Shown: positions 54,259-63,553 of the stretch, one piece after another
Layout: each line of letters starts with the position of its first letter
How positions within the stretch are numbered: position 1 is the first letter of the stretch
Assembly: GCA_020632295.1 (NCBI GenBank)
Contig: JACKFU010000001.1
Location: forward strand, 601,442 to 665,441
Direction: 5' to 3'
Source: Candidatus Peribacteria bacterium
GTDB lineage: Bacteria > Patescibacteriota > Gracilibacteria > Peribacterales > Peribacteraceae
DNA: 64,000 nt
Translations under genes and position numbers: made by a program
The notes under the pieces: generated by a model
The model's database searches: none
What the model saw: the letters and a program-made list of their open reading frames with translations, nothing else
Told to the model about the DNA's origin: nothing

Positions 54259-54885
54259 CTACTTCTTTCGACGCGTTGCCTTTCGTTTCTTTGGCTTAAG
54301 GGCTGCAGATTTTGCTGGAGTAGCAGGTACATGGAGTGTTTTTAGAATTTCCCATTCATGTGCTCCGCGAGTACACCAACTGAGCAGCAGTCCATAGAGC
54401 AGGAGGACAAATGGTGTTACCCACCAGCCATCTTGGAAGGATGCAAGGACTATACTGAGAAAAATGGAGATGGCACTGAGTATAGCCATCAAATTGCCGA
54501 TAACTTTGAGTGTTGTCATGTATACAGCCTCAACAACTGCCTTAGAGGCGCTGTCGAGCTTACGCACTTCTTGGTCTTGCATAAGAAAGAGAAGTCCTCC
54601 GCACGCAAACACAAGGAGCAGTGCAATATATGTTCGACCTGTGTACGGAACTCCTGCAAAAACAGAAAAAATCGTTGGTAGTGCACCTATAGTCATTAGG
54701 AGAACACTGACAGCATGCATGAGATATGTGTAAATTGCTTCACCAACACTCTTTGGCTTTGCGCCGGGAACGGACATGCTTGCCAGAAATAAGACTGTCA
54801 GAAAGAAGAGCGTAGCAAGTGGGAGCACGAGTCCGTAGAAGGAGCCGATGAATCCAAAAATTGTAGAGAGGGGATTTTCAACCAT
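54259..54885 (-). CDS. Hypothetical polytopic membrane protein with basic tail, inserted between rplK and rplA
   Basis: 6 TM. C-terminal KPKKRKATRRKK. ATG at 54885. Confidence 0.5.
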   Translation of the reverse strand: MVENPLSTIFGFIGSFYGLVLPLATLFFLTVLFLASMSVPGAKPKSVGEAIYTYLMHAVSVLLMTIGALPTIFSVFAGVPYTGRTYIALLLVFACGGLLFLMQDQEVRKLDSASKAVVEAVYMTTLKVIGNLMAILSAISIFLSIVLASFQDGWWVTPFVLLLYGLLLSWCTRGAHEWEILKTLHVPATPAKSAALKPKKRKATRRKK

Positions 54886-54978
54886 GGTTTTCGAAAAGGA
54901 AGGATGAAAACAGCATACACAAAACACATTCACGAATACTATTGCAAAAAGTACGTTCAGTGATGCAATTTTACTTTA

Positions 54979-55401
54979 CTATTCAATGGTGACTCCCATG
55001 CTGCGGGCTGTTCCTTCGATGATGTTCATTGCCATCTCAATAGAATTTGCGTTGAGGTCTGGCATTTTTGCTTCAGCAATCTCTTTCACTTGTGCCTTTG
55101 TCAGCGTGCCTACCTTATTCTTGTTTGGTTCACCGCTTCCCTTCTTAATCTTTGCTTTTTCGATAATCATCTGTGCAGCTGGTGGCTGTTTCATTTCGAA
55201 GGTAAAGCTGCGGTCGTCGTATACTTTAATGACAACGGGAATCACCTGACCCTGCTTATCCTTCGTCTGTTCGTTAAACTGTGTACAAAATGCATTGATA
55301 TCAATACCAGCCTGTCCAAGGACAGGACCGAGTGGTGGTGCAGGGTTTGCCTGCCCTCCACGCGCTTGAGCTTTGATAATCTTTTTGACTTGTTTTGCCA
55401 T
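54979..55401 (-). CDS. rplK: 50S ribosomal protein L11
   Basis: [35 protein letters not shown] canonical L11. Confidence 0.95.
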   Translation of the reverse strand: MAKQVKKIIKAQARGGQANPAPPLGPVLGQAGIDINAFCTQFNEQTKDKQGQVIPVVIKVYDDRSFTFEMKQPPAAQMIIEKAKIKKGSGEPNKNKVGTLTKAQVKEIAEAKMPDLNANSIEMAMNIIEGTARSMGVTIE

Positions 55402-55444
55402 AGCGAAGCGCAGTCTATGGACTTGGGATTTGAGAGTCAAACGA

Positions 55445-56065
55445 TTACTTCGTTAAATCTTCGATGAGATTGAAAATTTCATCGCTAGCGCCTTCTGCAA
55501 CGTGAAATTCATATAATCGCTCTCGAACGCGGACGAAGACGACTCGTTCAGGAAGAAGGCCAGGATCGTAAAAGGTAAGGAGGTTTCGTGTGGGATGGTT
55601 TTCTCTGCGCTGTGTTTCGTCTAATAAATCTTTTACTTCTGGTGTAAATGCGCTGTGCAACGCTTCTTTGAGTACGACATAATGCTTCTTCACTTGTGGT
55701 GAACTTACCCACGCAATACTACCAGCCCGGTCACCATGGAGCAGCAACGCCTTGCTGGTGACGGTGTCTCCACCACCGGTAACAACTCGATCAAGAATAA
55801 TCTGCTCGCTCGTTTCCGTAATAGAGAAGCCTTGCATGCCGAGTGTTTTTTCGACATTCGGTCCTTCGAATTTGCGCACTCCTCCTTCGGGAATTGTTGA
55901 TGGTGGTTCGACGGGGTTTGTTCGATCGATGACAGGTTCCGATACCTCATCAGCTTGCGCCATCATTTGGTATCCTGGGCTTCCTTCGAGCACGATGATA
56001 TCAGAAGCTCCCAGCAGCAGCATGGTGGCAAGAACTCCGATAGTCAGCTGTAACTTTTTTGCCAT
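55445..56065 (-). CDS. Hypothetical N-terminally anchored protein
   Basis: [20 protein letters not shown] anchor. ATG at 56065. Confidence 0.5.
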   Translation of the reverse strand: MAKKLQLTIGVLATMLLLGASDIIVLEGSPGYQMMAQADEVSEPVIDRTNPVEPPSTIPEGGVRKFEGPNVEKTLGMQGFSITETSEQIILDRVVTGGGDTVTSKALLLHGDRAGSIAWVSSPQVKKHYVVLKEALHSAFTPEVKDLLDETQRRENHPTRNLLTFYDPGLLPERVVFVRVRERLYEFHVAEGASDEIFNLIEDLTK

Positions 56066-56124
56066 GACGACGCAATTGTACATGGTGGTGCCTGGAAACA
56101 AAAACTCTGGTACCATACATTCCC

Positions 56125-57174
56125 ATGGCCATAACAAGAACACAGCGCAAGGAACCTATCGTTGAACCCAGCAAGACGTCTGCACGAGATAGCGATACGT
56201 TCGATAGTACACTGCGTCCGAAGAAGCTTTCTGAGTACGTAGGACAATCAACTATTAAGGAGCACCTCATTGTGCATATTGCTGCCGCAAAGAAACGTGA
56301 TGAACCTCTGGGGCATGCCATTCTTCATGGCCCCCCAGGTCTTGGTAAGACAACACTTGCCTATATCATTGCGAGAGAGATGGGTTCGCAAATGCGCTCT
56401 ACCTCTGGACCGGCAATTGAAAAGCCTGGTGATCTTGCATCACTTCTTACTAACCTTGAGCAGGGAGATGTACTCTTCATCGATGAAATTCATCGTATGC
56501 GACCAGTAATAGAAGAGGTTCTTTACAGTGCTATGGAAGATTTCGCCCTCGATCTCGTTATTGGCAAAGGCCCAACTGCTCGCAGTATGCGTCTCGACCT
56601 AAAACCGTTTACATTGATTGGCGCTACGACGAAGATTGGGTCGGTCAGTGCACCGCTTCGCGATCGATTCAGTCATAACTTTAAACTCAACTTTTACGAT
56701 GATATCGAGATGGAGCAGATTGTTGAGCGCACAGCATCGATCTTGGATGTTCACATGGAAGAGGGCGCTGCACATCTTGTAGCGCGGTCCTGCAGGTCAA
56801 CGCCACGTATCGCTAACCGTCTTGTTCGTAGTGTGCGAGACTTTGCGCAGGTCAGTGATGAGGAGCGGATTTCTCAAAACCGGGTAAAAGATACTCTTAT
56901 GAAGTTGGGTGTTGATGATAAGGGTCTCGATGCAACTGACAGAGAAATTCTTCGCACTATTATTGAAAAGTTTGGCGGGGGGCCGGTTGGGCTTTCCACA
57001 CTTGCTGCTGCAACAGCAGAAGAGGCGGATACCCTTGAAGATGTGTATGAACCGTTTCTTATGCAGTGCGGGTATCTGCAACGCACACCGAAAGGCCGAA
57101 CAGTTACACGACTTGCATACGACATTCTAGGGATTACCCTATCTGAGGATGCTCAGCGCAATCTTTTTGCGTAA
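56125..57174 (+). CDS. ruvB: Holliday junction branch migration helicase
   Basis: LRPKKLSEYVGQ, GPPGLGKTTLA, DEIHR, RTPRIANRLVR. Confidence 0.95.
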   Translation: MAITRTQRKEPIVEPSKTSARDSDTFDSTLRPKKLSEYVGQSTIKEHLIVHIAAAKKRDEPLGHAILHGPPGLGKTTLAYIIAREMGSQMRSTSGPAIEKPGDLASLLTNLEQGDVLFIDEIHRMRPVIEEVLYSAMEDFALDLVIGKGPTARSMRLDLKPFTLIGATTKIGSVSAPLRDRFSHNFKLNFYDDIEMEQIVERTASILDVHMEEGAAHLVARSCRSTPRIANRLVRSVRDFAQVSDEERISQNRVKDTLMKLGVDDKGLDATDREILRTIIEKFGGGPVGLSTLAAATAEEADTLEDVYEPFLMQCGYLQRTPKGRTVTRLAYDILGITLSEDAQRNLFA

Positions 57175-57177
57175 ACT

Positions 57178-57624
57178 ATGGATATGCAACCACAAACTCT
57201 CGGCATCATTATCGGTGGACTTATACCAGGGGTACTGTTTGGTTTTTCTAATGTGATTGTGAAGTATGCAACATCAAAAGGAATTGCGTTACCTCTCTAT
57301 CTTATTGTTACCGGACTTGCCGTTGTTCTTGTTGGTGTTGTGCTTCTGTTTATCGTTCCGGAGAGACATGTTTCTGTGCAGGGTGGTATTGCAGGGTTTG
57401 TAGGGGGAGCTATTTGGGCAAGTGGTATGTCGCTTATCGTGTTTGCACTCGAAAGGTATTCGGCATCTATTAGTGTGCTTACACCTTTGTTTAACTTGAA
57501 TACTCTTGTTGCAGTTGTTCTGGGTCTGTGGATTTTTTCCGAGTGGAAAACAGTCAGCATTTCTCAACTTTTCCTTGGTGCAGTTTGTATAGCTGTCGGT
57601 GGGACGCTCGTTGCTAGAGCATAA
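57178..57624 (+). CDS. Small DMT/EamA-like 5-TM transporter
   Basis: Single EamA-like half-domain, size about 148 aa. Adjacent to a glycosyltransferase. Confidence 0.45.
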   Translation: MDMQPQTLGIIIGGLIPGVLFGFSNVIVKYATSKGIALPLYLIVTGLAVVLVGVVLLFIVPERHVSVQGGIAGFVGGAIWASGMSLIVFALERYSASISVLTPLFNLNTLVAVVLGLWIFSEWKTVSISQLFLGAVCIAVGGTLVARA

Positions 57625-58741
57625 GGTTTGATACAGCTTGCTTCATCTGTATCTCAAACTTCTCTCTTGAAAATTGTTGAGCTTGTGCTTTGCACAATTC
57701 AGCATCAAATGCTGATGCATTGAATATTTGCAAAACATCTGCGAGTGACTGCGGTGTCTGCTCATCAAAGAACAGTCCCGTCTTTCCTTCGACGATGGTT
57801 TCGAGTGGTCCTCCGGCCCGGAAGCTGATTACTGGTGTGCCACATGCCATTGCTTCGAGCGGTGCGATGCCGAAGTCTTCGATACCGGGGAAGAGGAGAG
57901 CGGAGGCGTTTGTGTAGAGTTCTTTGAGACTTTCTTGCTCTTGATATCCAAGAAAGGTGATTTGCGATGCGTGATTCGTGCGTTGCTCTAGACGTTTTCT
58001 GTCAGGTCCTTCGCCTACTATCTTCAGGGGAGCGTTGATCTTGTTGCATGCGTCTATGGCGATATCAATTTGTTTGTAGGGAACGAGTGTAGAAACAATC
58101 AGGAAGTATCTTTCCGCTTTCCGCTTTCCACTTTCCACTTTTTTTAGCCAGAAATCATCTATTGGCGGGTAAATGACATCACTCTCTCGTCGCCAGTAGA
58201 GCTCTATTCTTCGTTGAACATCGTTCGATGCAGCGATAAGTTTGTCAGCACGCCCAGCACATTCGGCATCCCACGCGCGAAGTTTGTGAAATGTTTTTTG
58301 GAGATAGCGTTGCTTGAGAGGTCCGAATAGCCCGTGCCGTGCGTGTTTTTGCACATCGAATGTTCTGTCCCAGAGATACCTGGCAGGTGCATTAATGTAC
58401 GAGAGGTGCTTTGGTTTACCATTGGTAATGATGTTGTGGGTGAATGCAGAGGAGGTACTAATCACCACATCATATTCGTTAAAATTCCACTGTTCTACAG
58501 CTGAGGGAAACCGTGATAGGTGTATGTGGTGATTAAGCGGAAAGCGGAAAGCGGAAAGCGGAAAGCGTGGTTGGAGTGTGCTTGTACGCACTCTCTCCCT
58601 TGGAAACCAGTCGCCAAGCTTCTTCTCGTTGTAGAGAAGTGTATAGATGGGGGCTTCGGGATAGAGGTCTGCAAGGATCTTTGCAACCCGCTCGGCGCCA
58701 CCGCGCATGGTCAGCAGTTCGTGGACAAGGGCTATTTTCAT
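57614..58741 (-). CDS. GT4-family (GT-B) glycosyltransferase
   Basis: MKIALVHELLTMRGGAERV N-terminus and EDFGIAPLEAMACGTPVI (EX7E). ATG at 58741. Confidence 0.85.
   Translation of the reverse strand: MKIALVHELLTMRGGAERVAKILADLYPEAPIYTLLYNEKKLGDWFPRERVRTSTLQPRFPLSAFRFPLNHHIHLSRFPSAVEQWNFNEYDVVISTSSAFTHNIITNGKPKHLSYINAPARYLWDRTFDVQKHARHGLFGPLKQRYLQKTFHKLRAWDAECAGRADKLIAASNDVQRRIELYWRRESDVIYPPIDDFWLKKVESGKRKAERYFLIVSTLVPYKQIDIAIDACNKINAPLKIVGEGPDRKRLEQRTNHASQITFLGYQEQESLKELYTNASALLFPGIEDFGIAPLEAMACGTPVISFRAGGPLETIVEGKTGLFFDEQTPQSLADVLQIFNASAFDAELCKAQAQQFSREKFEIQMKQAVSNLML
58110..58137. repeat. CTTTCCR heptamer array (4 units) inside the GT4 CDS
   Basis: ctttccgctttccgctttccactttcca, encoding VESGKRKAE. 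Confidence 0.9.
58537..58567. repeat. GCGGAAA heptamer array (4 units) inside the GT4 CDS, inverted relative to 58110-58137
   Basis: gcggaaagcggaaagcggaaagcggaaagcg, encoding RFPLSAFRFPL. Confidence 0.9.
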
Positions 58742-58748
58742 TGAAAAT

Positions 58749-58769
58749 AGCTTATAGCTTTTAGCTTTT
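58749..58769. repeat. AGCTTWT heptamer array (3 units), 8 nt upstream of the GT4 start
   Basis: agcttatagcttttagctttt. Confidence 0.85.
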
Positions 58770-58903
58770 TCTGTACATTTTTGCTCATTTCTGTACACTT
58801 CTGCCGTTTTCTGGGTCGGTAGCTTCCGCCTTCGCGCTTCGCGGCTACGGCGGACAGGGCAAGTACCTGCCTTCAATGATCTTTTTCTTCACTATTGTAT
58901 TCT

Positions 58904-58978
58904 GGGTCGGTAGCTCAGTGGTAGAGCAGTAGGCTTTTAACCTATTGGCCGTGGGTTCGATCCCCACCCGACCCACCA
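58904..58978 (+). tRNA. tRNA-Lys (anticodon UUU)
   Basis: Hand-folded: GGGTCGG/CCGACCC acceptor, loop CTTTTAA, T-arm GTGGG-TTCGATC-CCCAC, encoded CCA. Confidence 0.9.
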
Positions 58979-59086
58979 ATCAGAAAAATGGCTTTGGCTA
59001 AGAAAGAAGTTATAGAGTTTTCTACGGGAATTGATTGTAATCGATACTGCCTGATAGTATCCTAGTGCACTTTTCACAATCTAAAT

Positions 59087-59494
59087 ATGACACAGGAAGT
59101 ATTCACAGAGGAGGTATGTAGCCAAATGACTCTAGTAGAAAAAGTACGAGCAATGCACAGAATTCGTAATGAAAAACTAGAAGTAAGTAAGGAAGTGGCA
59201 TTAGCACTTACAGAAGGTATTTCTAGCTTAGAACAGCTGAATGCTCTATTGGATGAAGCTAAAATTCCTCGTTACGATGGAATGGATGTTCGGTTGGGTG
59301 TAAGACTTGTGAATCTGGCGTTGTTAGAGCAAGCCCATAACCTATTAGGTACAAGAATTCAGTTAATGGATTCTAAGCAAACAGTAACAACAGCAGATGT
59401 TATTGACTATGTAACCGATGCAAACTATCAGACTATTGACCTATCAAATCGTATTGATGAGATTCCATTTGCTGAAGAATATCCGCCTGAGTAG
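59087..59494 (+). CDS. Hypothetical 135-aa protein
   Basis: ORF in an A/T-richer stretch just downstream of tRNA-Lys. Confidence 0.45.
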   Translation: MTQEVFTEEVCSQMTLVEKVRAMHRIRNEKLEVSKEVALALTEGISSLEQLNALLDEAKIPRYDGMDVRLGVRLVNLALLEQAHNLLGTRIQLMDSKQTVTTADVIDYVTDANYQTIDLSNRIDEIPFAEEYPPE

Positions 59495-59671
59495 AGAGTG
59501 TTGGTTGCTGAAATAACTTTCTGGTTAGACGAAAATTGTTAGCATTACACGCCTTGTATGCTACTGGAGCTTCAGAAGCATACCGACCCACCATTGACAT
59601 ACATTCATAACAGTATATAGTATACATGTTCCAATTTCTGTCTCGGTCCTTAACAAGTAAAGGGTAATACG

Positions 59672-60037
59672 ATGAAGCGACACAAGAGTAGTATATTCTT
59701 AGTAGTACTGTCGTTGATCCAAGGGTCTTTGATTTTCTTCGTCTTTCCAACAATGATAGTGGAAAGTCCTCTGGTGTTCCTTGGGTTGCTGGCGAGTATC
59801 GCGTGCATGCTGCTTGGTGGTTTTGCCTTGTACAAGGCAGAAAATCACTTGGCAATCGAGCGGTACCAGCAAGACAGGGTTCTTGCGCACAGGACCTCCG
59901 AGCACCGAGAGGCACATCAGGAGGTTGCAAACAATCATCGCTTCTTGAGAACTTGGGGCGGTGCGATATGCATCGCTTTAGCAATTGGAGCATTTGTGAT
60001 ATTTACGGTAACAACATTTCTTGCAATGTTGTCATAA
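59672..60037 (+). CDS. Hypothetical 3-TM membrane protein
   Basis: Preceded by TTGACA, 16 nt, TATAGT. Followed by a terminator at 60049-60083. Confidence 0.55.
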   Translation: MKRHKSSIFLVVLSLIQGSLIFFVFPTMIVESPLVFLGLLASIACMLLGGFALYKAENHLAIERYQQDRVLAHRTSEHREAHQEVANNHRFLRTWGGAICIALAIGAFVIFTVTTFLAMLS

Positions 60038-60048
60038 GTATTACAGCA

Positions 60049-60083
60049 CCTGCGTTTACATCTTCTGTGAACGCGGGTTTTTT
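60049..60083 (+). terminator. Rho-independent terminator
   Basis: cctgcgtt / aacgcggg stem (one G-U pair) followed by TTTTTT. Confidence 0.65.
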
Positions 60084-60693
60084 ATAGCAGTTCTTCCACT
60101 CCTTCTACTATCAAGCTAATAGCAAAGAGTGTGAGGAGGATACCGGAGAATTTAAAGAAGATTCCCAGAGGGAACCACTTCAGCATGCCACGGAAGAGGA
60201 GCCATGCCATACCAATAGCAATAACAATGCCAGCGATAGCACCGATGTTTTGTGTGAGTGATTGCGATTGAAAGAATGCAGCCTGGAGAAAGATAACGGT
60301 TTCGAGTCCTTCTCGGAGCACCGATGTATACACAAGCAAAAATAGACTAAGTAGTGCGCCTGTCTCTAGGTGAAATGCCATCTTTTGTTCGATGGCGGCA
60401 TGCATCTGCTTTCCGTTTCGCGCAAGCCAGGTTACCATCCAAAGGATGAGCCCTGCTGCAATCAGCATCATCACTCCTTCGTATAGCTCTTCTGCTTCTC
60501 CTTCAAACGATGCACCGATATGGAGTATCCATGCAGCGATTGAGAGTGATGTCAGTATGCCTGCGCCTACACCTGCCCAGATGACAGGGTTATGCTCTCT
60601 GTTTTGTGTACGGTTGAGAAACGCGAGCATAATTCCGACAATGAGTGATGCCTCGAAAGTTTCTCGGAGAGTAATGAGGAGTGAAGTTCCCAT
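60082..60693 (-). CDS. FTR1/EfeU-family iron permease
   Basis: RETFEASLIV and REGLETVIFL (REXXE) motifs. Confidence 0.8.
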   Translation of the reverse strand: MGTSLLITLRETFEASLIVGIMLAFLNRTQNREHNPVIWAGVGAGILTSLSIAAWILHIGASFEGEAEELYEGVMMLIAAGLILWMVTWLARNGKQMHAAIEQKMAFHLETGALLSLFLLVYTSVLREGLETVIFLQAAFFQSQSLTQNIGAIAGIVIAIGMAWLLFRGMLKWFPLGIFFKFSGILLTLFAISLIVEGVEELL

Positions 60694-60774
60694 AATGCGT
60701 CAATGCAGGAAGCGCGAAGAGCGGACAATAGACGTTGAAGGCATTGTAGCAACATTGCTGTATGATGCAATTAT

Positions 60775-61554
60775 ATGATTGATTCTCACTGTCATCTTGC
60801 CGATCGTAAATTTGCAGCAGACCTTTCGGGTGTTATTTCACAGGCAAACGCTGCTGGGGTTACCCATATGGTGACGATTGCTGACGATGTGTCTGAGGCG
60901 GAAAAATGTCGACAGCTTGCTGAGAAATATGATCAATTATTTTATACAGTTGGAGTACATCCACACGCAGCTAAAGAGTGGAACGTGGAACATGGAAAGA
61001 GCAAAGTTTTGGAATGTGCTCAGGATAAGAAGATGGTTGCGGTCGGAGAGATTGGCTTGGACTATCATTATATGAACAGCCCGAAAGACGATCAGATCCG
61101 AGCGTTTTATGATCAAATTGTGATCGCGCAGGAACTCAATTTTCCTATTGTCGTACATAACCGCGAATCGTTTGAAGACCTCCTCTCGATCATTGATGAA
61201 CTGAAACCTACAGCAATGGTATTGCACTGTTGCACAGAAGAATGGGCGAATGCGAAGAAGCTTATTGAACTCGGGTATCTTCTTGGGTTTACAGGTATTG
61301 CAACGTATCCCAAATCAGTGGCAATTCGAGAAGTCATCAAGCAGTGTCCACTCAAGCAGATGATGATTGAAACAGATGCACCCTATCTTGCCCCAGAAGG
61401 AAGGCGAGGGGAGCGATGCGAGCCTGCAATGGTTACGGAGGTGGCAAAATGTATTGCAGATATCAAGGGGGTATCGCTGCAAGAGGTTGATAGAATAACC
61501 ACGAAGAATACGATGGACTTTTACCGCCTTTCTCCTGATATACTTGCCTTGTGA
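60775..61554 (+). CDS. tatD: TatD-family metal-dependent hydrolase
   Basis: MIDSHCHL, GEIGLDYHY, ETDAPYL motifs. Confidence 0.9.
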   Translation: MIDSHCHLADRKFAADLSGVISQANAAGVTHMVTIADDVSEAEKCRQLAEKYDQLFYTVGVHPHAAKEWNVEHGKSKVLECAQDKKMVAVGEIGLDYHYMNSPKDDQIRAFYDQIVIAQELNFPIVVHNRESFEDLLSIIDELKPTAMVLHCCTEEWANAKKLIELGYLLGFTGIATYPKSVAIREVIKQCPLKQMMIETDAPYLAPEGRRGERCEPAMVTEVAKCIADIKGVSLQEVDRITTKNTMDFYRLSPDILAL

Positions 61555-62945
61555 CCATGGATACTCAAGCGCTTCTGGCGGATCTCTCTCATCAAGATCG
61601 GTCTACGCTTTTATCCGTGATTACGTTTTCACGTACGCATCTTTCTGGGCTTCAGCGCCGCAGTGGGGAAAGCTATGCAGAGCATGGGGTTGAAGTCGCT
61701 TGCGTTCTTAAGGAATCTCAACCAGATATATCACTCCTGTGCGTTGCCGTATTGCATGATGTATTGGTGCACCCGGATGGCAAAGATCTTTTGTCCTTTG
61801 CGCCAATTTCCGATCATGAAAAAATGCTTGTGCGACATATGCACGCACTCCGTCGTTTGCATATTAATGAGAATACCGATGATTTAGATACCGTTATGGA
61901 TGCGTTTATGGAGCAGCCGGTTTTGCTCCCATTGCGTATGGCACACCGTGTAAATGACGTTCGTCATATTGCTCGATTTACATCGCCACTCTGCAAGGAA
62001 ATTGCGAAAGAGTCATTGCATATGTATGCAGCAATTGCTGGTCGACTTGGTATGCAGCGTTGGCGTGTGGAATTAGAAGACGGGAGTTTTCCTCTGCTGC
62101 AGCCGGGTATTGCAGCAAAACTCAGTCGTCAGTTTGAGGCAACGAAGGTAGCAGATAATCTTTGCCTTCAGCATACCAAGCAATTTCTTGAATCAATGCT
62201 ACAACAACATGGTATCAATGCAGTCGTTGACGTGCGTATTAAGGGACACTACTCCACGTACAGAAAAATGATTATCAAACATCGCTCCTTTGAAGATCTT
62301 ACCGACCGTCTTGCCCTTCGCATTGTTGTAGAAAAAACCGAGGATTGTTATCTGGCACTTGGGGTTGTTCATGCGGCTATGCATCCAATTCCTGGTAAGT
62401 TAAAAGATTACATTGGCGCACCTAAGGAAAACGGTTACCAATCCATTCATACGGTTGTCTATCCTCTCCCCGGAGTGACAGAGCAACCTATGGAGCTTCA
62501 GATTCGTACGCAGAGTATGCATCAAGACTGTGAGTATGGTCCTGCTGCACATGCAGATTATAAGCAAACGGTGTATGCACTTGGTCGAAAGGCTTCTCGT
62601 GTAAACCTATTTCGCAATTTAGAACAGTTGCGGGAAGAGGCGACTACGCCGCAGCAATTTGAAGAGGCGCTTCGTATGTACTTTCGAGAAGATCACATTG
62701 CTGTGTTTGATGCCGATAACAATATTTATCACATTAAAACTCCGGCAACTGCGATGGATTTTGCGCGCCATGCGTACCCAAAGAAATACAGACGTATGCG
62801 GGATGTAAGGATTAACGGCCGCAAGCAACCATCTGAGATACCTCTTCAGGATGGTGACACGGTTGATATCGTATTTGGGAGATCAAATGGAGCGGATGAC
62901 GGGATTCGAACCCGCGACCTTCGCCATGGCAAGGCGACGCTCTAG
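61551..62945 (+). CDS. Small RelA/SpoT-family (p)ppGpp synthetase/hydrolase (HD + synthetase + TGS)
   Basis: LHDVL HD region, RIKGHYSTYRKM...DRLALRIVV...YQSIHTVV synthetase motifs, TGS-like C-terminus. The last 58 nt are antisense to a tRNA. Confidence 0.85.
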   Translation: MTMDTQALLADLSHQDRSTLLSVITFSRTHLSGLQRRSGESYAEHGVEVACVLKESQPDISLLCVAVLHDVLVHPDGKDLLSFAPISDHEKMLVRHMHALRRLHINENTDDLDTVMDAFMEQPVLLPLRMAHRVNDVRHIARFTSPLCKEIAKESLHMYAAIAGRLGMQRWRVELEDGSFPLLQPGIAAKLSRQFEATKVADNLCLQHTKQFLESMLQQHGINAVVDVRIKGHYSTYRKMIIKHRSFEDLTDRLALRIVVEKTEDCYLALGVVHAAMHPIPGKLKDYIGAPKENGYQSIHTVVYPLPGVTEQPMELQIRTQSMHQDCEYGPAAHADYKQTVYALGRKASRVNLFRNLEQLREEATTPQQFEEALRMYFREDHIAVFDADNNIYHIKTPATAMDFARHAYPKKYRRMRDVRINGRKQPSEIPLQDGDTVDIVFGRSNGADDGIRTRDLRHGKATL

Positions 62946-62964
62946 CCAACTGAGCTACATCCGC
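62888..62964 (-). tRNA. tRNA-Gly (anticodon GCC)
   Basis: Hand-folded: GCGGATG/CATCCGC acceptor, loop TTGCCAT, T-arm GCGGG-TTCGAAT-CCCGT, encoded CCA. Confidence 0.9.
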
Positions 62965-63084
62965 ATAGCGGGGGCATGCTACGGGTTTACCACGCGTATC
63001 GCAAGCACGTGACGACTAGACTTGCAATTTTTTTATAAATGTTACACGGCAATACACTTGAGGATCGCCTAGAACAGCGATATT

Positions 63085-63093
63085 TGTTATAAT
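63085..63093 (+). promoter_or_regulatory. Extended -10 TGtTATAAT, 7 nt upstream of GTG 63101
   Basis: Direct reading. Confidence 0.45.
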
Positions 63094-63100
63094 TCTTACT

Positions 63101-63553
63101 GTGAGTCTACAGAAACACCCGTTGACACTATCGGCGCTTGCTGTAGTCCTCTTTGTAGGACTTACCTTTGGTGGAGAGTCAGTGTTTGCAGCGGGGCCAC
63201 AGCCCAGTGCTCAACCAGCGACCGTACAAGATTGTCAGACTGGCAATAATCTCAAGCGTGGATGCATTCCTCTTATACAACCACTTGGTTCTATCAATGT
63301 ACTGACAGTGCAACCAGGCGCACGAACCTTTATTGATTACTTCAATGACGCTGCAGGTTTATTGTTAACTGTTGCCATTGGCTTTTGTGTGCTGTGGATC
63401 TTAATTGGTAGCTATTTTATAATGGTATCTGGGAGCGATGGCGGGAAACGCTCTACCGGAAAATCGATTATTACGTGGGCACTTATTGGTTTGATTATTG
63501 TGACCTTCGCAGGGTTTTTCTTGCGAACGCTCAATAGCGTTTTCTTTGTGTAA
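63101..63553 (+). CDS. T4SS-pilin-like small membrane protein
   Basis: Signal peptide, Cys pair (QDCQTGNNLKRGC), TM, loop SGSDGGKRSTGK, second TM. Confidence 0.5.
   Translation: MSLQKHPLTLSALAVVLFVGLTFGGESVFAAGPQPSAQPATVQDCQTGNNLKRGCIPLIQPLGSINVLTVQPGARTFIDYFNDAAGLLLTVAIGFCVLWILIGSYFIMVSGSDGGKRSTGKSIITWALIGLIIVTFAGFFLRTLNSVFFV

Noticed and set aside
59433-59993. 186-aa minus-strand ORF
   Set aside because: Its Arg/Cys/Ser-rich composition is unlike a real protein. The opposite-strand 121-aa ORF has three clear TM helices, a TTGACA/TATAGT promoter and a terminator.
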